Source of the DNA: Phoronis australis
Taxonomy: Eukaryota; Animalia; Phoronida
Assembly: GCA_002633005.1 (NCBI GenBank)
Contig: NMRA01000063.1
Coordinates: 1,144,457 to 1,208,456, forward strand
Length of the DNA stretch: 64,000 nt
Direction of reading: 5' to 3'
The notes beneath the pieces were generated by a model. It made no database searches, was not told the origin of the DNA, and worked only from the letters and a program-made list of their open reading frames with translations. The number at the start of each line of letters is the position of its first letter. The first letter of the stretch is position 1. The translations under genes were made by a program, and so were the position numbers. Below are positions 1 to 12,457 of this stretch, piece after piece.

Positions 1-639
1 TCGCCAACTATTGCCAGCAAAGCACGTGACACTAGCTTCGTTAGCAGGATTCTTGCGCCAACGAAACTCTACCCTGGATAAGTATAGTGAACCCCTTTTT
101 CATTTTAACGCCTTTTTATTTTGAGTGTGTCAAAAACAGGAGCTTGTTGCACTCAACCATGAGTCTACGGTTTCGTCACCATCTTGAGTATTTCATTTGG
201 TAAAGCGATCAAACCAAGTTGCGCACGTTTCCTATGCAAGTGGACGGGGAGTAATGCCTATTAAAACCAATATTGTAAGAAACGGCTTAATGGCAAGAGG
301 TTGCAATTATGCCATTCCCAACATATTCACGATTGCGATAAACTCACTGTTCTTCCTGAGAACCACCTATGCCTAATTGTGGAGCGCTTTGAAAGATACC
401 GACGTTGTCGGTAAAAAACTTTATTTTTCAAAGTAGCCCCCGTTTTCACGAAGTCCAGCCCGGGTTCAGTATTTAATTAGCACTCCATAAAAAGATAATA
501 CAAATCTTTAAAGTAAAGTTATTACTAACATCAATCACCCTGGCAACGGTTTACCGTAGTCGGCGAGATCCGAGGGGTAAAATCTAGCCTCTTGAATAAT
601 CTGCGCTATTTGAGCTGGAACGTATGAGGCGCCAATTAG

Positions 640-1072
640 GGTTCTTAAAGGAGTAGCTTTCTGCGCGAAGAACTGTGCTTAATCTACGCGTGCTTTTAGT
701 TCCTAAACGTTCTGCTCTTATTCAACGCGCACTTTTGCTTAATCTACGCGCACTTTTACTTAATCAATGCGTACTTTCAATTAGTTCATATAGTCCAATC
801 ACGCCTTATTTTTACCGCGCAAACCAGGAGCGCGCAGTGTTAAACTGGTCAGTTTCAGTTGCCGATTTGGGCAATTGAACGAAGTACTCACTGATTAAGA
901 GCAGAACAACGATCGTTTAAGGACTAAAAGTGCACGTTGATTAAGCGAAGGCACGCTTAGATTAAGCAAAAGTACGCATAGATTAAGCAAAAGTACGTGT
1001 AGATTACGCAAGAGTATGCGTAGATTAAGCACATATCTACGCGCAGAAACTTAGGTACTCGTTTAAGGAACC
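640..1072. mobile_element. Foldback-type MITE with long inverted arms built of about 22-bp subrepeats
   Basis: Left arm units cttaatctacgcgcacttttg, right arm units caaaagtacgcgtagattaag; ends ggttc(c)ttaaa / tttaaggaacc. Confidence 0.7.
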
Positions 1073-2808
1073 TTTGACGCTTCGTAGAAACGCCACTGAA
1101 AATGTAAGCATCAAGGACTGGGTTCCGTGGACGAAAGAAACTCGCAAAAACGCAAGATTTCACCACACTTCGCAACATATCGCCTTACATTACAACTGAA
1201 CACGTTTTATCACAATGGCTTCTCTTGTGAGTGTCTTGCATCTACGGAACGCAGCCCGCAGCTACCGCGAATTGCTAAAAGGCTAGTTTTTATGGAAGAA
1301 CTTGATTGTTTTGAATGTAAACAGTAACAACAATATATTTTGAAAAATTGAAAAGTACGCAGTAGTTAGGGAAAAACAAGAAAATTCGTCGTGGGAAAGA
1401 AATATAGCAGTCACTGCTCACTTTCAATTTCCAGCAAGAAACAACGTGAGACCAAATAAGTGTTTTGTCATCCAAGATGGCCAATGGGGCAATGTCATCC
1501 AATATGGCCAATGGACAATGTCGTTGACAATTAATACTTATCATATCTAACAGCAGTGCTGTTTTTCACATAATACGTTGTAGAGGAACAAAATATAAAA
1601 GACGTCACAACAGAAAATTTTCACTAGACTTAGAGATCAGTTACATGTTTTTAAAACACTTTTCGCCTGCCTTATCAACCTATCGATTTACACTAGAATT
1701 TTATCTTATCTCTAAATTGAGTGTAACTTTCTTTTTTACCTTTATCCTTGAAGGCGTCGATTTCAATTTCCCTCTACGTCCCATACAAAGTGGGACATTT
1801 CTGAGTTAATGACTCTTAATTAAACAATACAAAAAGGGGGTTGATAACTTAGTGCATACTCCGGTTACATGGATACTGAGTGTCACTAATCACATTTCAT
1901 GCGTTCCAAGAAATGTCTTAATATATTTTAAATATTTTCAGTTTTGTTTTAAACAATACTGTAAACAAAAAGCTGCAACGTTCGCCATTGGGATGTACTG
2001 GCTCTCCACAGCTATGTAGCTACACGCTACTTATTAACCTATGTTTTTGACATTTTTCTGTAGCAATATGCTGCAGCGTTGCTGTTATTGAAATGACAAT
2101 CCCCTAACAATGTATTTCTTTCTAATCACTCTTATAGAGACTACACTTGAGGAAATTCAAGCGACCAGTACTCCTTTACGTGCTTTACGACGAACACAGC
2201 CAAGATTGGACGAGTGAGTATGAAATGGCTCTAGTGATGAAACGACGATATAATGCGACCGTTTTTCAGTCGATATGAAGATATGTATGCTTCTTGGTCA
2301 GTGTGCGTTTAACCCATTTTTTCTTTGTTTCACAAAAATGCTAGGCCTATAGTAGAAAGGTTACGTGCATAGGCTGAAAATCAGTACAACACACGGAATG
2401 GTGACAGTGCGCTGATTATTGTTCTTCTTTTGTATTTCCACTGTTCAAGTGCCAGGCTATTCAAATGAACTAAGGCGATGGTTAAACTATCATATCGTGT
2501 CTCTAGCTCGTGATGATGTCACATTCGGGGCAGTAATCGCTAAATACACAAAGTTGTTGTTTTCCAGTCTCTTACGTAAACTGCCACGATAATGGTCATC
2601 TGTAATACACTTGTAAAACGTGCAGGATTCGGTTGGGACGGAAATAATTAGTTATGCACCCAACATTACGCGGGGTGTGTATTGCGATGCCAGAGACTAA
2701 AAATTTGTACTGTTTATTCAAACCGCCGAAACATTTCTCGTTGTTGTATTTATCGGTTCGTGTTTTTCCCTTAAAATTAAACGCGTTACGGAAGTATTTC
2801 GTGCTTAC

Positions 2809-2846
2809 CTCTGCCACAAATTGAGATTTCGCCATTTTCTTGAGAC
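2809..2846 (-). CDS. Possible start exon (MAKSQFVAE) of an unidentified minus-strand gene or transposase running off the left edge
   Basis: T-rich tract plus tttag| at 2846, aaaATGGCG at 2835, donor GAG|gtaagc at 2809; another GAG|gtaagc donor at 3119; no homology recognised. Confidence 0.25.
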
Positions 2847-5071
2847 CTAAACCAACGATTTCAAGAAACTTAATAAAACAGAAAAAAAATCCATGTTTCA
2901 AATGTAGAACGCTAACTTAAAATTAAGCGTCAAAAAGAAAATCATACAAAGTAACAGAATGCCGCTGAATCCCAAGCTCTGTTTATTTCATCAAACACAA
3001 GCCTCGCGAGGTGTAGCAGGAAATTGTCCATATTTCTAACTTTAACTTTTCGCACAAATGAAACGCTCTTCATATATTCACATGACTTATGAAGACGTCA
3101 AGAAGCTCGTTAGCTTACCTCTCAATATGACCAGCTTCCCCACAAGCATGATATCCAGTTGAGCAAATCTAAGTAAATCGATGACTTCGGTATTATATGA
3201 TGTCAAGGTGAACGGTTGAGATTACGTACGACACGGCAAGCGGACAACACACAAACGAACGAGATATCAGCCCGCGGTTTCTTTTGCTGTATGCTCTGTA
3301 GATAGTTAATGGCTTATTCGGTTAGCCGGCCGTGTTTTGTGTACTAATACATAGCGCAACTGATGGCTAGATTCCAAGTATTCTGTCAGACAAGTTTGTA
3401 ATGTTACATGTACCGTGTGATCAGAAACAAGACATGTTCAGAGATTGGACCGACGAGCACATAAAACTGACCTGGCCAGATGTAAATGGCCTTGATTAAA
3501 CTGGTGAATTGATTAAACGTTATGTCAAAATGCCATTAATTTTGCACAAATATTTGTATAAAAGCCAATGCATCAAATACTCTAAATCACATCTTTCCGT
3601 GAACTGCGTCAATAGCATATTGGACGCTGACATCCCATAAAAACTAGAGGCGTAATGTGTGTTCCAGGAACTAAGATGAATTTATCTGAGTAGCCTACAG
3701 ACGCAAACCTATTTGCATTTCGAAAGGTGAGTGCAATTACATAAGAGAAGATGAAATCTTGCGCGAACTCTGTCCATACATGGAATTCCAGGCATGTCAG
3801 TTGTTAGCGCGGTCGGGTTTTACTCGTTAACGTGTTGAGCGAATGATTACTGAGCACGTTCACATTCACAAGATGAGGTCACGAATTCTAGATCACTAAG
3901 ATTTGTACAGCAGTAGTAAATAGAGTCGCTTGACCATTTCATTTATGCGGATTCAAATTCTAGAAGACGCGGTGGGATCCGCTTACTGTTGTTGTCCTGT
4001 AGATATATTATAGCGGGGCATGAGATGATATAAATAATACAAGAAACAAGAGCAACGCATTTTGAAATGCTCCCACGACTGCAGTGCTAACATTGTGCTT
4101 CTATTGGTGTTTATTTAGTTGTGTCATTAATGGCCATTAGATGGCTCAGAATATCTTGAACCCATCCAAAAATGGGAGGATGTTGTCGTCTCTCAAAATT
4201 ATTAACCAATTTTATGAAAAATCCGCCAAAGAACTCCAAAGATACAAAGGCAAACATAAAAAACTGCCATTAGGAACCACAGCAGTAGTTCATCCACCTG
4301 CTGTTGATAGAAATACAAGTGCAAAATTTCAAAATCATTTCGCAAGGGGTTTAGGAGACTACAGCCATAGACGTGAAAAATGTCACTAAGGGGCACCACA
4401 GTATTTGGATCCGTTTAAAAATCGACGTCAGTCACATTCTTGTCAGAAGGAACACATCTGCAAAAGTTCTTATAATGATCCTCCGCGAGATTTGGCAGAT
4501 ACAGAAGCAAACGACAAAAAACATACTATAAAATAATTGAAATGGCCACTAGTTGGTGCAGAATACGTCGAATTCATCACAAGGAAAGCTGCTGTCGTCT
4601 TCATAATAGAAATCAGTTTGACCGATTTCATGAAAAAGCATCAAGGACTGAACTTTAAAATTGCAGAAGCAAAAGTAAAAATTATAATTGCCAGTAGGGA
4701 GCACAGCCGTAATTGGATTGGCCTGAAACTGGTCGTCGTCTGTGCCATCTCTATAGGAAAACATCTGCTAAATTTCAGAAAGATCTTGTAAAGGGTAAAG
4801 GGTAAAGTCGTGGACGCAAACAACAATTGCCACAGGGGGGCCAGTGTAGTTGAACACGTCCGAAAATCAACGTCAACCTCGGACTTCTGGTCTGGAACAC
4901 ATTTCCAAATTTTACTAATGATCCTTCAAGCAGTTTGTTGGGTGGAGAGCGTGATGTCAAAAACGAACTAAAAAAATAAAGTGGCTACCAAGTAGCACAG
5001 AATGTGTAAAACCCGCTCGAAAATGAGAAGGCGTCGTGACGCCTTTATCCAGGATTTCGAAAATAGTTAAA

Positions 5072-5461
5072 TCAGTTCTTGGCCACAGTAAGATTAAAAA
5101 CCGGACGATCGCCGCCCAAGTGATACCTGTATAGCACAGATGACACGATGACAGCCCGCACACCGTAGTCCTCTTTCAGACGGGAAACCAACCTAACAAG
5201 ACGCCTGTGAACGTGGGGCGGTTCTTCCGTGGATAAATCATTCAAACCGACGTGCAGAATAACGACGTCTGGCCGGAAACTGGATACCACATGGAGCTGC
5301 TTGTAAATTGACCTGGTGGTCATTACGCCAATATCATAAATCTTGACAACAAGATCTATCGCAGTCAAGTCGAAGGTGAAGTTCGTCGACGGCTCTCGCA
5401 ACATATAGTCGCGTAGTCGACGTACGTGGCTGCTCCCGAGCATCAGAATTCGCTTCGACAT
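5072..5461 (-). pseudogene. C-terminally truncated SGNH/GDSL-hydrolase-like ORF, probably retroelement-derived
   Basis: MSKRILMLGSSHVRRL (block I-like) and RPDVVILHVGLNDL (block III GxND); it stops before any DxxH block V; intronless. Confidence 0.65.
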
Positions 5462-6329
5462 AGTTATCTGTTCGATCCACCGCTCACTCTCACATTTTAC
5501 TGTACTGCTGCAGAAACAGTCCACAGAATTGCCGCTCACACTACACCGCGAGTGTCTCTGACCAATAAGAATAAATGTTTTGGCTGAATTTGACATTCAG
5601 GTTTGTTGTTGACAATATTACATAACTACCAAACTAAGAGATTAGCTGTCCTCCATAATCACAGTTAACCCCTCGGCCATTGTGTGCTGTAAACCTATCT
5701 CTTGCTGTGTAGTTAATAAAAGAGCGAGGAGCTGGTAACAATGCTTTGATGTTGGTAATCAAAGTTTTAACTGTTTACCTGTTTGCTGTGTAATCTGCCT
5801 AATTCATTTAGACAACTCTTTACGTCCTTAACTGACATTCAACAAGGACAAATTACTGACGCCGTACGCGACGGTATTTTAGAATACAAATTAACAACGA
5901 AAATCCTTATACAATGCCCTGCTCGCTTGGCATCATGAACGACACAAAGTTAACGTCTTTTATCCCCTGTAGGTGCCTAAATAAGTTTTGAATAAATGAG
6001 ACATACGTTTTCGACAATTTGTATTCATGTATATAACGTACATGTATATAATAAAATCAGCGTTCAGTAGGGACATCACGAAACTATCAGAAAATACAGG
6101 AAATTCGGCCAAAATCTATTAATTATTGTAAAACGCATATATTTGGACTATTATCATCGAATTATTGTCATACGAAGCATTTCCGGTTCTATTACCCGTA
6201 AATCGGCACGATTCCTAAAGTGTTGCGCGTTTTAGGAATCCACAAACGGGCCTGGATTTACACCCGTTTTGATGACGTTATCGCATGTAGCGCAGATCAA
6301 CAAAACGCGCAGCACAGCGTCATCTAACT

Positions 6330-6584
6330 CATACGCGCACCCAGGGGGGAGGGCTCGGGGGCTCCAACGACCCCCCCTCCCCATTTGGCGAAGTGGGCAA
6401 AAAGGTCCGCCTCAGACAAACAAAAAGTCCCAGAAAACGAGACAAAAGTCCACTGAAAAGGCACAGACGCACAGTGAAGGTGGTACCCCGTTTTTTTTTC
6501 AGTCCTCCCGCTTTTTTGTCAGCAAAAGGTCCACGTCGCCAGAAATTCGAGCCCCCCCCATATTAAAGGCTGGGTACGCGTAAG
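6330..6584. mobile_element. About 250-bp MITE (copy 1)
   Basis: TIR CATACGCGCACCCAG / CTGGGTACGCGTAAG; homologous to 7447-7691; splits the HINE motif gcgtcatct..actaatag. Confidence 0.75.
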
Positions 6585-7446
6585 ACTAATAGAAGCCTAT
6601 CTGCCAAATTGTATGAAAATCCGTAGAGGACCTCCGAAGACATAGAGGTAAACGTAAAAAACGAAAATTGCCACTTGGAGGCACATCGGTAGTCGGATCC
6701 GTCCAAAAATTCGTTCATTCCGTCCCATCCATGAAAAGAACATGTCTACAAATTTTCATGAACATCCTTGAACAGTTTGGGAGCCTGAGCAGCGGACGCC
6801 GGACGGCGGACGGAGATGACGGCATAGCCGAGTGCATCCACATTTCGAGCACCAGAAGTCTGAGCCGGCGAAAACAGACGGAAGTATTCCGTGTGTTTTT
6901 GGAACTGGACTTTTTAACGAGTTTTTTTTTTAAATTTTAGATTGCGAATTTTTATGAAAGAACGAGAAAAACCGTGAGAGGCTGGTCATGTTATATGTAT
7001 GTTTTGAAACACTTTGAAGTAGTAAAATCAATGTCTTTCCGAACCTGTTCGCGGAAACAGCAAGGATGAGTCAACACAAACAGATTTCTGACTGGTGCAG
7101 AAGTGTATGTGATGTAAAACTACATCGTTGACCATCAGTTGTCCTTTTGTGCGTTAATTTCAACTGCGAAGCCTCTGATGACCACGACCACCCAAACAAA
7201 TGGAGAGGTCACGAGGCATGGATGGATTTTCGTAGCAAGTGTGATCACGTGCTTTGTCTCCTGCACTCGATGGTTCCGTACGTGCCTAGCCAGCACGCAG
7301 GTATCACGCAGTAGCACGCGCTTTAGCATTGGTTGATGTAACCTCGGCAGTCATTGGTAAGCTTTACAACAACGTGAAAAATGGCGGACGACTATGAACG
7401 ATTTTAACCTTGTCATGCAAGGAGCGTGGCAGCAACTATTTCGTTT

Positions 7447-7691
7447 CACGGGCGCACCCAGGTGGGGGGGGGGCTCGAGAGACCCCCCAATTTGGCGAAT
7501 TGGATAAGAAGGTCCGCCTCAGTGAAACAAAAAGTCCGGGTAAACGAGACAAAAGTCCACACGGTTGCACAATTCGTGGGCCTGAACCTAGTGGCTGCGT
7601 TTTTTTTTTTAGTCCTCGTTATTTCTTTCAGCAAAAGGTTCACATATCGAAAAATTCGAGCCCCCTATATTTTAGGCTGGGTGCGCGCATG
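7447..7691. mobile_element. About 250-bp MITE (copy 2)
   Basis: TIR CACGGGCGCACCCAG / CTGGGTGCGCGCATG; shares aaggtccgcctcag, aaacgagacaaaagtccac and aaattcgagcccc with copy 1. Confidence 0.75.
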
Positions 7692-10600
7692 CATTTCTGC
7701 AGTAATGTTTAATAAACCGCGTGCTTGAAGCACATGCATGTACAATAGACACATATCTGGCCGATTTAACCAGTGTGTTATTCATACTCTATGAATACAG
7801 GACAGTAGCGTATACAAGTCATCGACAGTAGAAAGATGCACTCCGAAAAGGCGCAACCACAATTTCTCGGTTTCATATTTCCTGAACATAATTTTTAAGC
7901 ACCATTTTTTCTGTACAACAGACCACATTTACACCGTTCCTCCATCAGCCATGCCAGTTTGTTTGCGTAAAGCGCTGCCTGTTGAGAATCCGACCAGCCA
8001 TTCAGAAACGCTGGTGTAAAAAATTCCCGAGGAAAATACATGCGTGCTGGCTACCACCTAGAGGCACGCAGGGAACCAGCGAGGTCTCCTGCACAGACCC
8101 TCTAGATTGGCTGGGCACGCTATCCGTGACGTAAGAGTGCAAGCCTTGGGAATCAGGTTATTCACGTTATTCGCTTGCAATCCATGACAATTTCTCGCCT
8201 TATACATGAATGAAACTACGACACGCCAGGCGGTTGACTTTTGTTAGTTATATTTTGATTATATCACAATACGGGAAAACGTTTCCGTCGACAATTAGGT
8301 ATTTTTAAAGGCACGCCTCAACCCCTCTCTTTGTCTTTTAAAACAAGTCTATCATCATCGGGAAAACTCATAGTTTTTCTAAGCATCAACAACACATTTG
8401 TCGTACCACTGGTTTGTTCCCAAAGGGAGAAGGAACCACGGTGGCACCAACGCGTGGTCAGCCGACTGATTTATCTAATGTCAGTTTAAATCAGAAAATT
8501 GTATAGAAATAAGTGCGATGTGCGGTGGAGGCGGTGCACCATGCATTGGTCAAAATTTCAATTGGAGCTGCTGGCTTTGTACGTGGCTCGCATGTAACAA
8601 GAGTCACCACGTATGTTGCCATTGGTCAATTGACCTACAGGAAACGTTTCAGAAGTGCGTATTAGAAGACTTAAATCAAAATTCATCTGCACATTTTTGT
8701 CGGCTTGGCTTGTTTAGGATTTGCGCTCAGTGTGAACAGTGGCGATTTCCATTAGTATATTCAACAGCAAGTGTTGGTTTTAGAGATTTAGGTATGCCTT
8801 GGCTTAAAGTCCTACTTCCAAAGTGTCCACTGTTAGTGACTGAAGTGAATGTAAACAATTAACATGACACTCACGAATGAAACTATAACATAAACAGATC
8901 ATAGATTAAGATTTTCTATTTCACTTGCGCCACCGACACGACGGAAACAAATTAGACTTATACTCCCCACCAAANCCCCCCCCCCCCCCCGTTTACCATT
9001 GATTGTTTCAGCTGACCGTGCACTACAATAAGCCGACTGGTTTGACTCTGTCAGACAGTGCGAGAACACGACTTTTGATTAAAATAAATGCACAGTATAT
9101 GTGGGTGAAACAACTTTGTGACCGGGGCATAAAGGTGTAGGAACACACGGTCGATTGACGGCATTCAGAGGAATGTATTTTTATTGATCCGCCATTAAAT
9201 TTCAGTGCTACAGGCAACCACTGTAAGCTATCACATATGATTGGCTTCTCGAGACATGGAAGATCAAGTGGACATTTTCCAGAGCGTTTTTTGGAAGTTT
9301 TAAAATTCTGTAAATTTTGAATGAGTCTGACTAGTTCCGGTCATCTTATAACATTATAGTCGCCATTAATAAATGTGATCTCAAATACTCCTCCAAAATT
9401 CTGGCTTATTGATATAAGTCTCTGCTCAGTGTTTACGTTATATGTAGTTAGAGTCACCATTTGGATTTTAATTAAAAATTTATTGTTTAGTTTCACATGG
9501 ACAACTGTTCTTGCTGTACTGTACATGTACCTTGAGTATGTCTGCAATAAAGTGTTATCTGTCTATCAATGTACATAGTGCTGCCAGATGTTTATTTAAT
9601 AGTAACATCCAATCTTTTCTGACGCTGACGTCAAAGTGGCACAAAGAGCGTGCAATTAATAGTTTAAGCAACTGACCTGGGCGAAACAAAAAAGAACTGT
9701 AGGGAATATTAACACTTGACAAAGAGGTGTCACAATTGCCATAATCCGTGTAGAAGAAATAAAAGGTTAGAGATACAGCAATATGCACTATTTAGTCGAC
9801 AGTTTTTGTCATGCCAATTAATCCTTGTCATTCTGGGATATTACGACATCCATACGTTGCAGTTCCACCATTTCAATAACAGCCAGCCGAGTGAGTCACA
9901 GGAAACAATAACTAACTTAGTCAAGGAACATCTTTTTAGCCATATCAAAACACCGAAGTGGTAATTCATTGACAACTATGGGGTCACAAACTGCCAAGAC
10001 CCAACTTCTAAGTCCGGAACTGAACTAATCACATGAGTAAGGAACAAGCCGAGACAAGTCTCATGGCGTATGACAAGTGGTCAAAAGAACGTGGGATGAT
10101 TTGTACTCTCCACTAAATAGACGCTATTGCAGAAGGTATGTGGGTTTAAAACATTGACACGCTTCCACATTTCAAACGGCGCCTAATATCAGTGTCCAGC
10201 AGGAGAAAAAAGATTTGCCAGGGAAAGGGTCGAGTAATAATTTACAGGGCCACGCCAATTGTCGTGGACCGCCAGGTCGTGCCGTTATATAGGCTTAGCT
10301 AGAGCATTACATCATCGGGAATATCTCATTGACCAGTCACTTTGAAAATATGCTCCTAAACATTGCACCTAAATCATCTTTAGATGCGTTCCCTGTATCA
10401 ACTCACAGGCGTTAGAGTATTCTAGTTGTCACCAGTGCACTTATCCCTGTTTTGCTCCAACTGGCAATTTACGATTCAGTTTCGCAATGGCAAACGTAGT
10501 GATAACCAACTTACCCCTTCGAATTGAGTCTTGTCTGTGCTCACAACAACGTAGGACGACGCAGTGGTCATTCTACCGTCAACTTGCCATTGCTTCCTTA

Positions 10601-12234
10601 GGTTACATTAATAATGTACTGGGTGTAACACTTTTCGCTCGAGGGCAGACGTTACAATGAACAATCCAAAAGGCGAATGCTAGAATGAATGTACACTCAT
10701 GGATTCTACTACGCTGCACTATATCTGATACCAAATGAGATGCAAACTCGAGGTGGGCGGAGATCAGTACAAACACGGTCGACTAAAATTTCATACCGAC
10801 GGAATTGGATTGGTGTGCATAGTCAAGACTCGGGGATGCACTGTAATTGATGTTTACTGAAGACGAGCAAGTTGGTTGTGCATGTTTAAATAGAAGTGTT
10901 GCATAACTGGTGCATTGCGCGCAGTTCAGACGTCCAAGCCTGTTCATGGTCAAACTAGTCCACTTAATACTATTACAGGTTTTTCAGTCAGATCGTCGTC
11001 ACAGCTCTGTGCCAGATTCAGAGGACTGTCTGACTGAGAATTAATGAAATTATGTGACACAAAAAAATTTGTGAGAAGTCGCCGCTTTTGCCAGCTCAAG
11101 CAGCTTATGGAATGAGCTTTGGTAGCGGCAGATTCAGATCAATTATCTACGAAGCTGAACACTGGGGTGTTGTTCCATGCTGAACAATCCGGCAGGACTA
11201 TAACTTTTGTGGCATGCCTACCCCCTCCCCCTTCCCGGCATGTTATTTTCGTTGTTTTTATATTAACATTGACTCTTTGTTGAGACAATATACACGCCAC
11301 CGACTGAGAGAGGATCGCATGAACAAAGTAGAGTCATCTTTAGGGAAAATGTAAAATTTTTTCCAGTGCAACTGCCATTTGAATTATTTGATAAAATAAT
11401 GCCCATCTCAACTAGAATGTCATGGTTCAGACTCTGAGATATGAGATTTTAAGGAGTAGGAGCCTACGATTGAAAAGGTGCACTCGCGTAAAATTATTCT
11501 TGGAGCCGTGACAGTGTAAGTTGTAACCGCCAGCTTTAATATTACATTTTGCTCTGGTGGTTTGCATAATCAGCAATTTTTCGGCAAAGGATGCCGCTGA
11601 AATATTAGTTTACCTTTATAACATTTATTCTCTTGTACAACATGCCTGCAGCTCATATACGCAGTTGTACAATGTACAAACTTACGTGATCTACAATCAA
11701 TGTCTCTTCCTTTACCCGGCAGCTAGCTGTCTACAGTCACATTACATATTGTAGCCTACGTAGCAATTTTTAAACAGTTCTCGTCAAATTTTGAGGGTCC
11801 TCGTGGGTTTCTGTGTTATTACCTTTGCCCAACAGAGGCCGACTGGTCCAAACCTCAGTGGAACTTTTGTTTTTTGTTGTGCCGTTTTTTGGTTTTTGCC
11901 CAGGCTTCACCGTCGGCCGGGCTCTGGCCATTACGAGTTGCCCCGGGGTTGTGGGCTAGCCAAGATCCCGAAACAATTAAGGGCCACCGTACTAGCCAAC
12001 ACGAGAAAAATTCCAAAGGCGGCGGTTTCGTTCAGTTGAGGCATCATCGTTATCGTTTCTAAAGCTCTGGTACCCGCGGTAGGTTCTACACCTGCAGCAG
12101 AAACCAACGAACGTTTCCGATACATGCCGGACAAATTTTCTCCCCTGCTATTTACATAACCGGGTTAGGATGCACAAAAGAAAGGCACATGCAAGATACG
12201 CTAAGGTACTCAGATATTTCGCTCATGTTGAATA

Positions 12235-12402
12235 GCAATTTCTCGCGCAGACTTACGTGATTTACGAGTTTTGCGAGTTTCTTACGTCTACGAGAGGCAA
12301 ACCGGAAGCCTTCCAAAACAAATGTCTCGTGTCCCTTCTTGCGGGTCGTTTGTTAAAGCCTTAGCTTCGTCAGGAAGAAGTTCCTTGCAAGGGAACAGGC
12401 AG
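12235..12402 (+). promoter_or_regulatory. Probable MSRB1 promoter/5'UTR
   Basis: CpG-richer segment before the ATG with an ETS-type ACCGGAAG (12301), TTACGT CRE-like half sites and a TCTCGCG motif (12241). Confidence 0.4.
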
Positions 12403-12457
12403 ATGGCATTTTGTGGATGGTTTGGTAGTGAAAAGTATAAAGACCATTTTGAGGATG
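12403..12457 (+). CDS. MSRB1: MSRB1 coding exon 1 (MAFCGWFGSEKYKDHFED-G)
   Basis: ATG at 12403, 55 nt, donor G|gtaaat; resembles the MsrB1 N-terminus MSFCSFFGGEVFQNHFEPG (recalled). Confidence 0.92.

Larger units (their letters stand above)
4045..6845 (-). mobile_element. HINE-like element split by about 1.3 kb of foreign DNA (SGNH ORF) and a MITE
   Basis: aacaagagcaacgc terminus at 4045; repeat units run to about 5035 and resume at about 6316; (GGAC)-type tract at about 6790-6820. Confidence 0.55.

Noticed and set aside
2139-2214. Plus-strand exon-like segment (ttatag|...|gtgagt)
   Set aside because: Two frames are open but there is no recognisable homology or compatible partner exon
7176-7215. 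CTGATGA hammerhead-like start
   Set aside because: No downstream GAAA box after a stem II
7381-7407. aaaATGGCG start context (MADDYERF*)
   Set aside because: Stops after 8 codons with no splice donor; probably a YY1-like motif in repeat DNA
12040-12110. tRNA-like T-arm (gtaggttctacacctgc)
   Set aside because: No acceptor stem, D-arm or proper TTCRA box could be built
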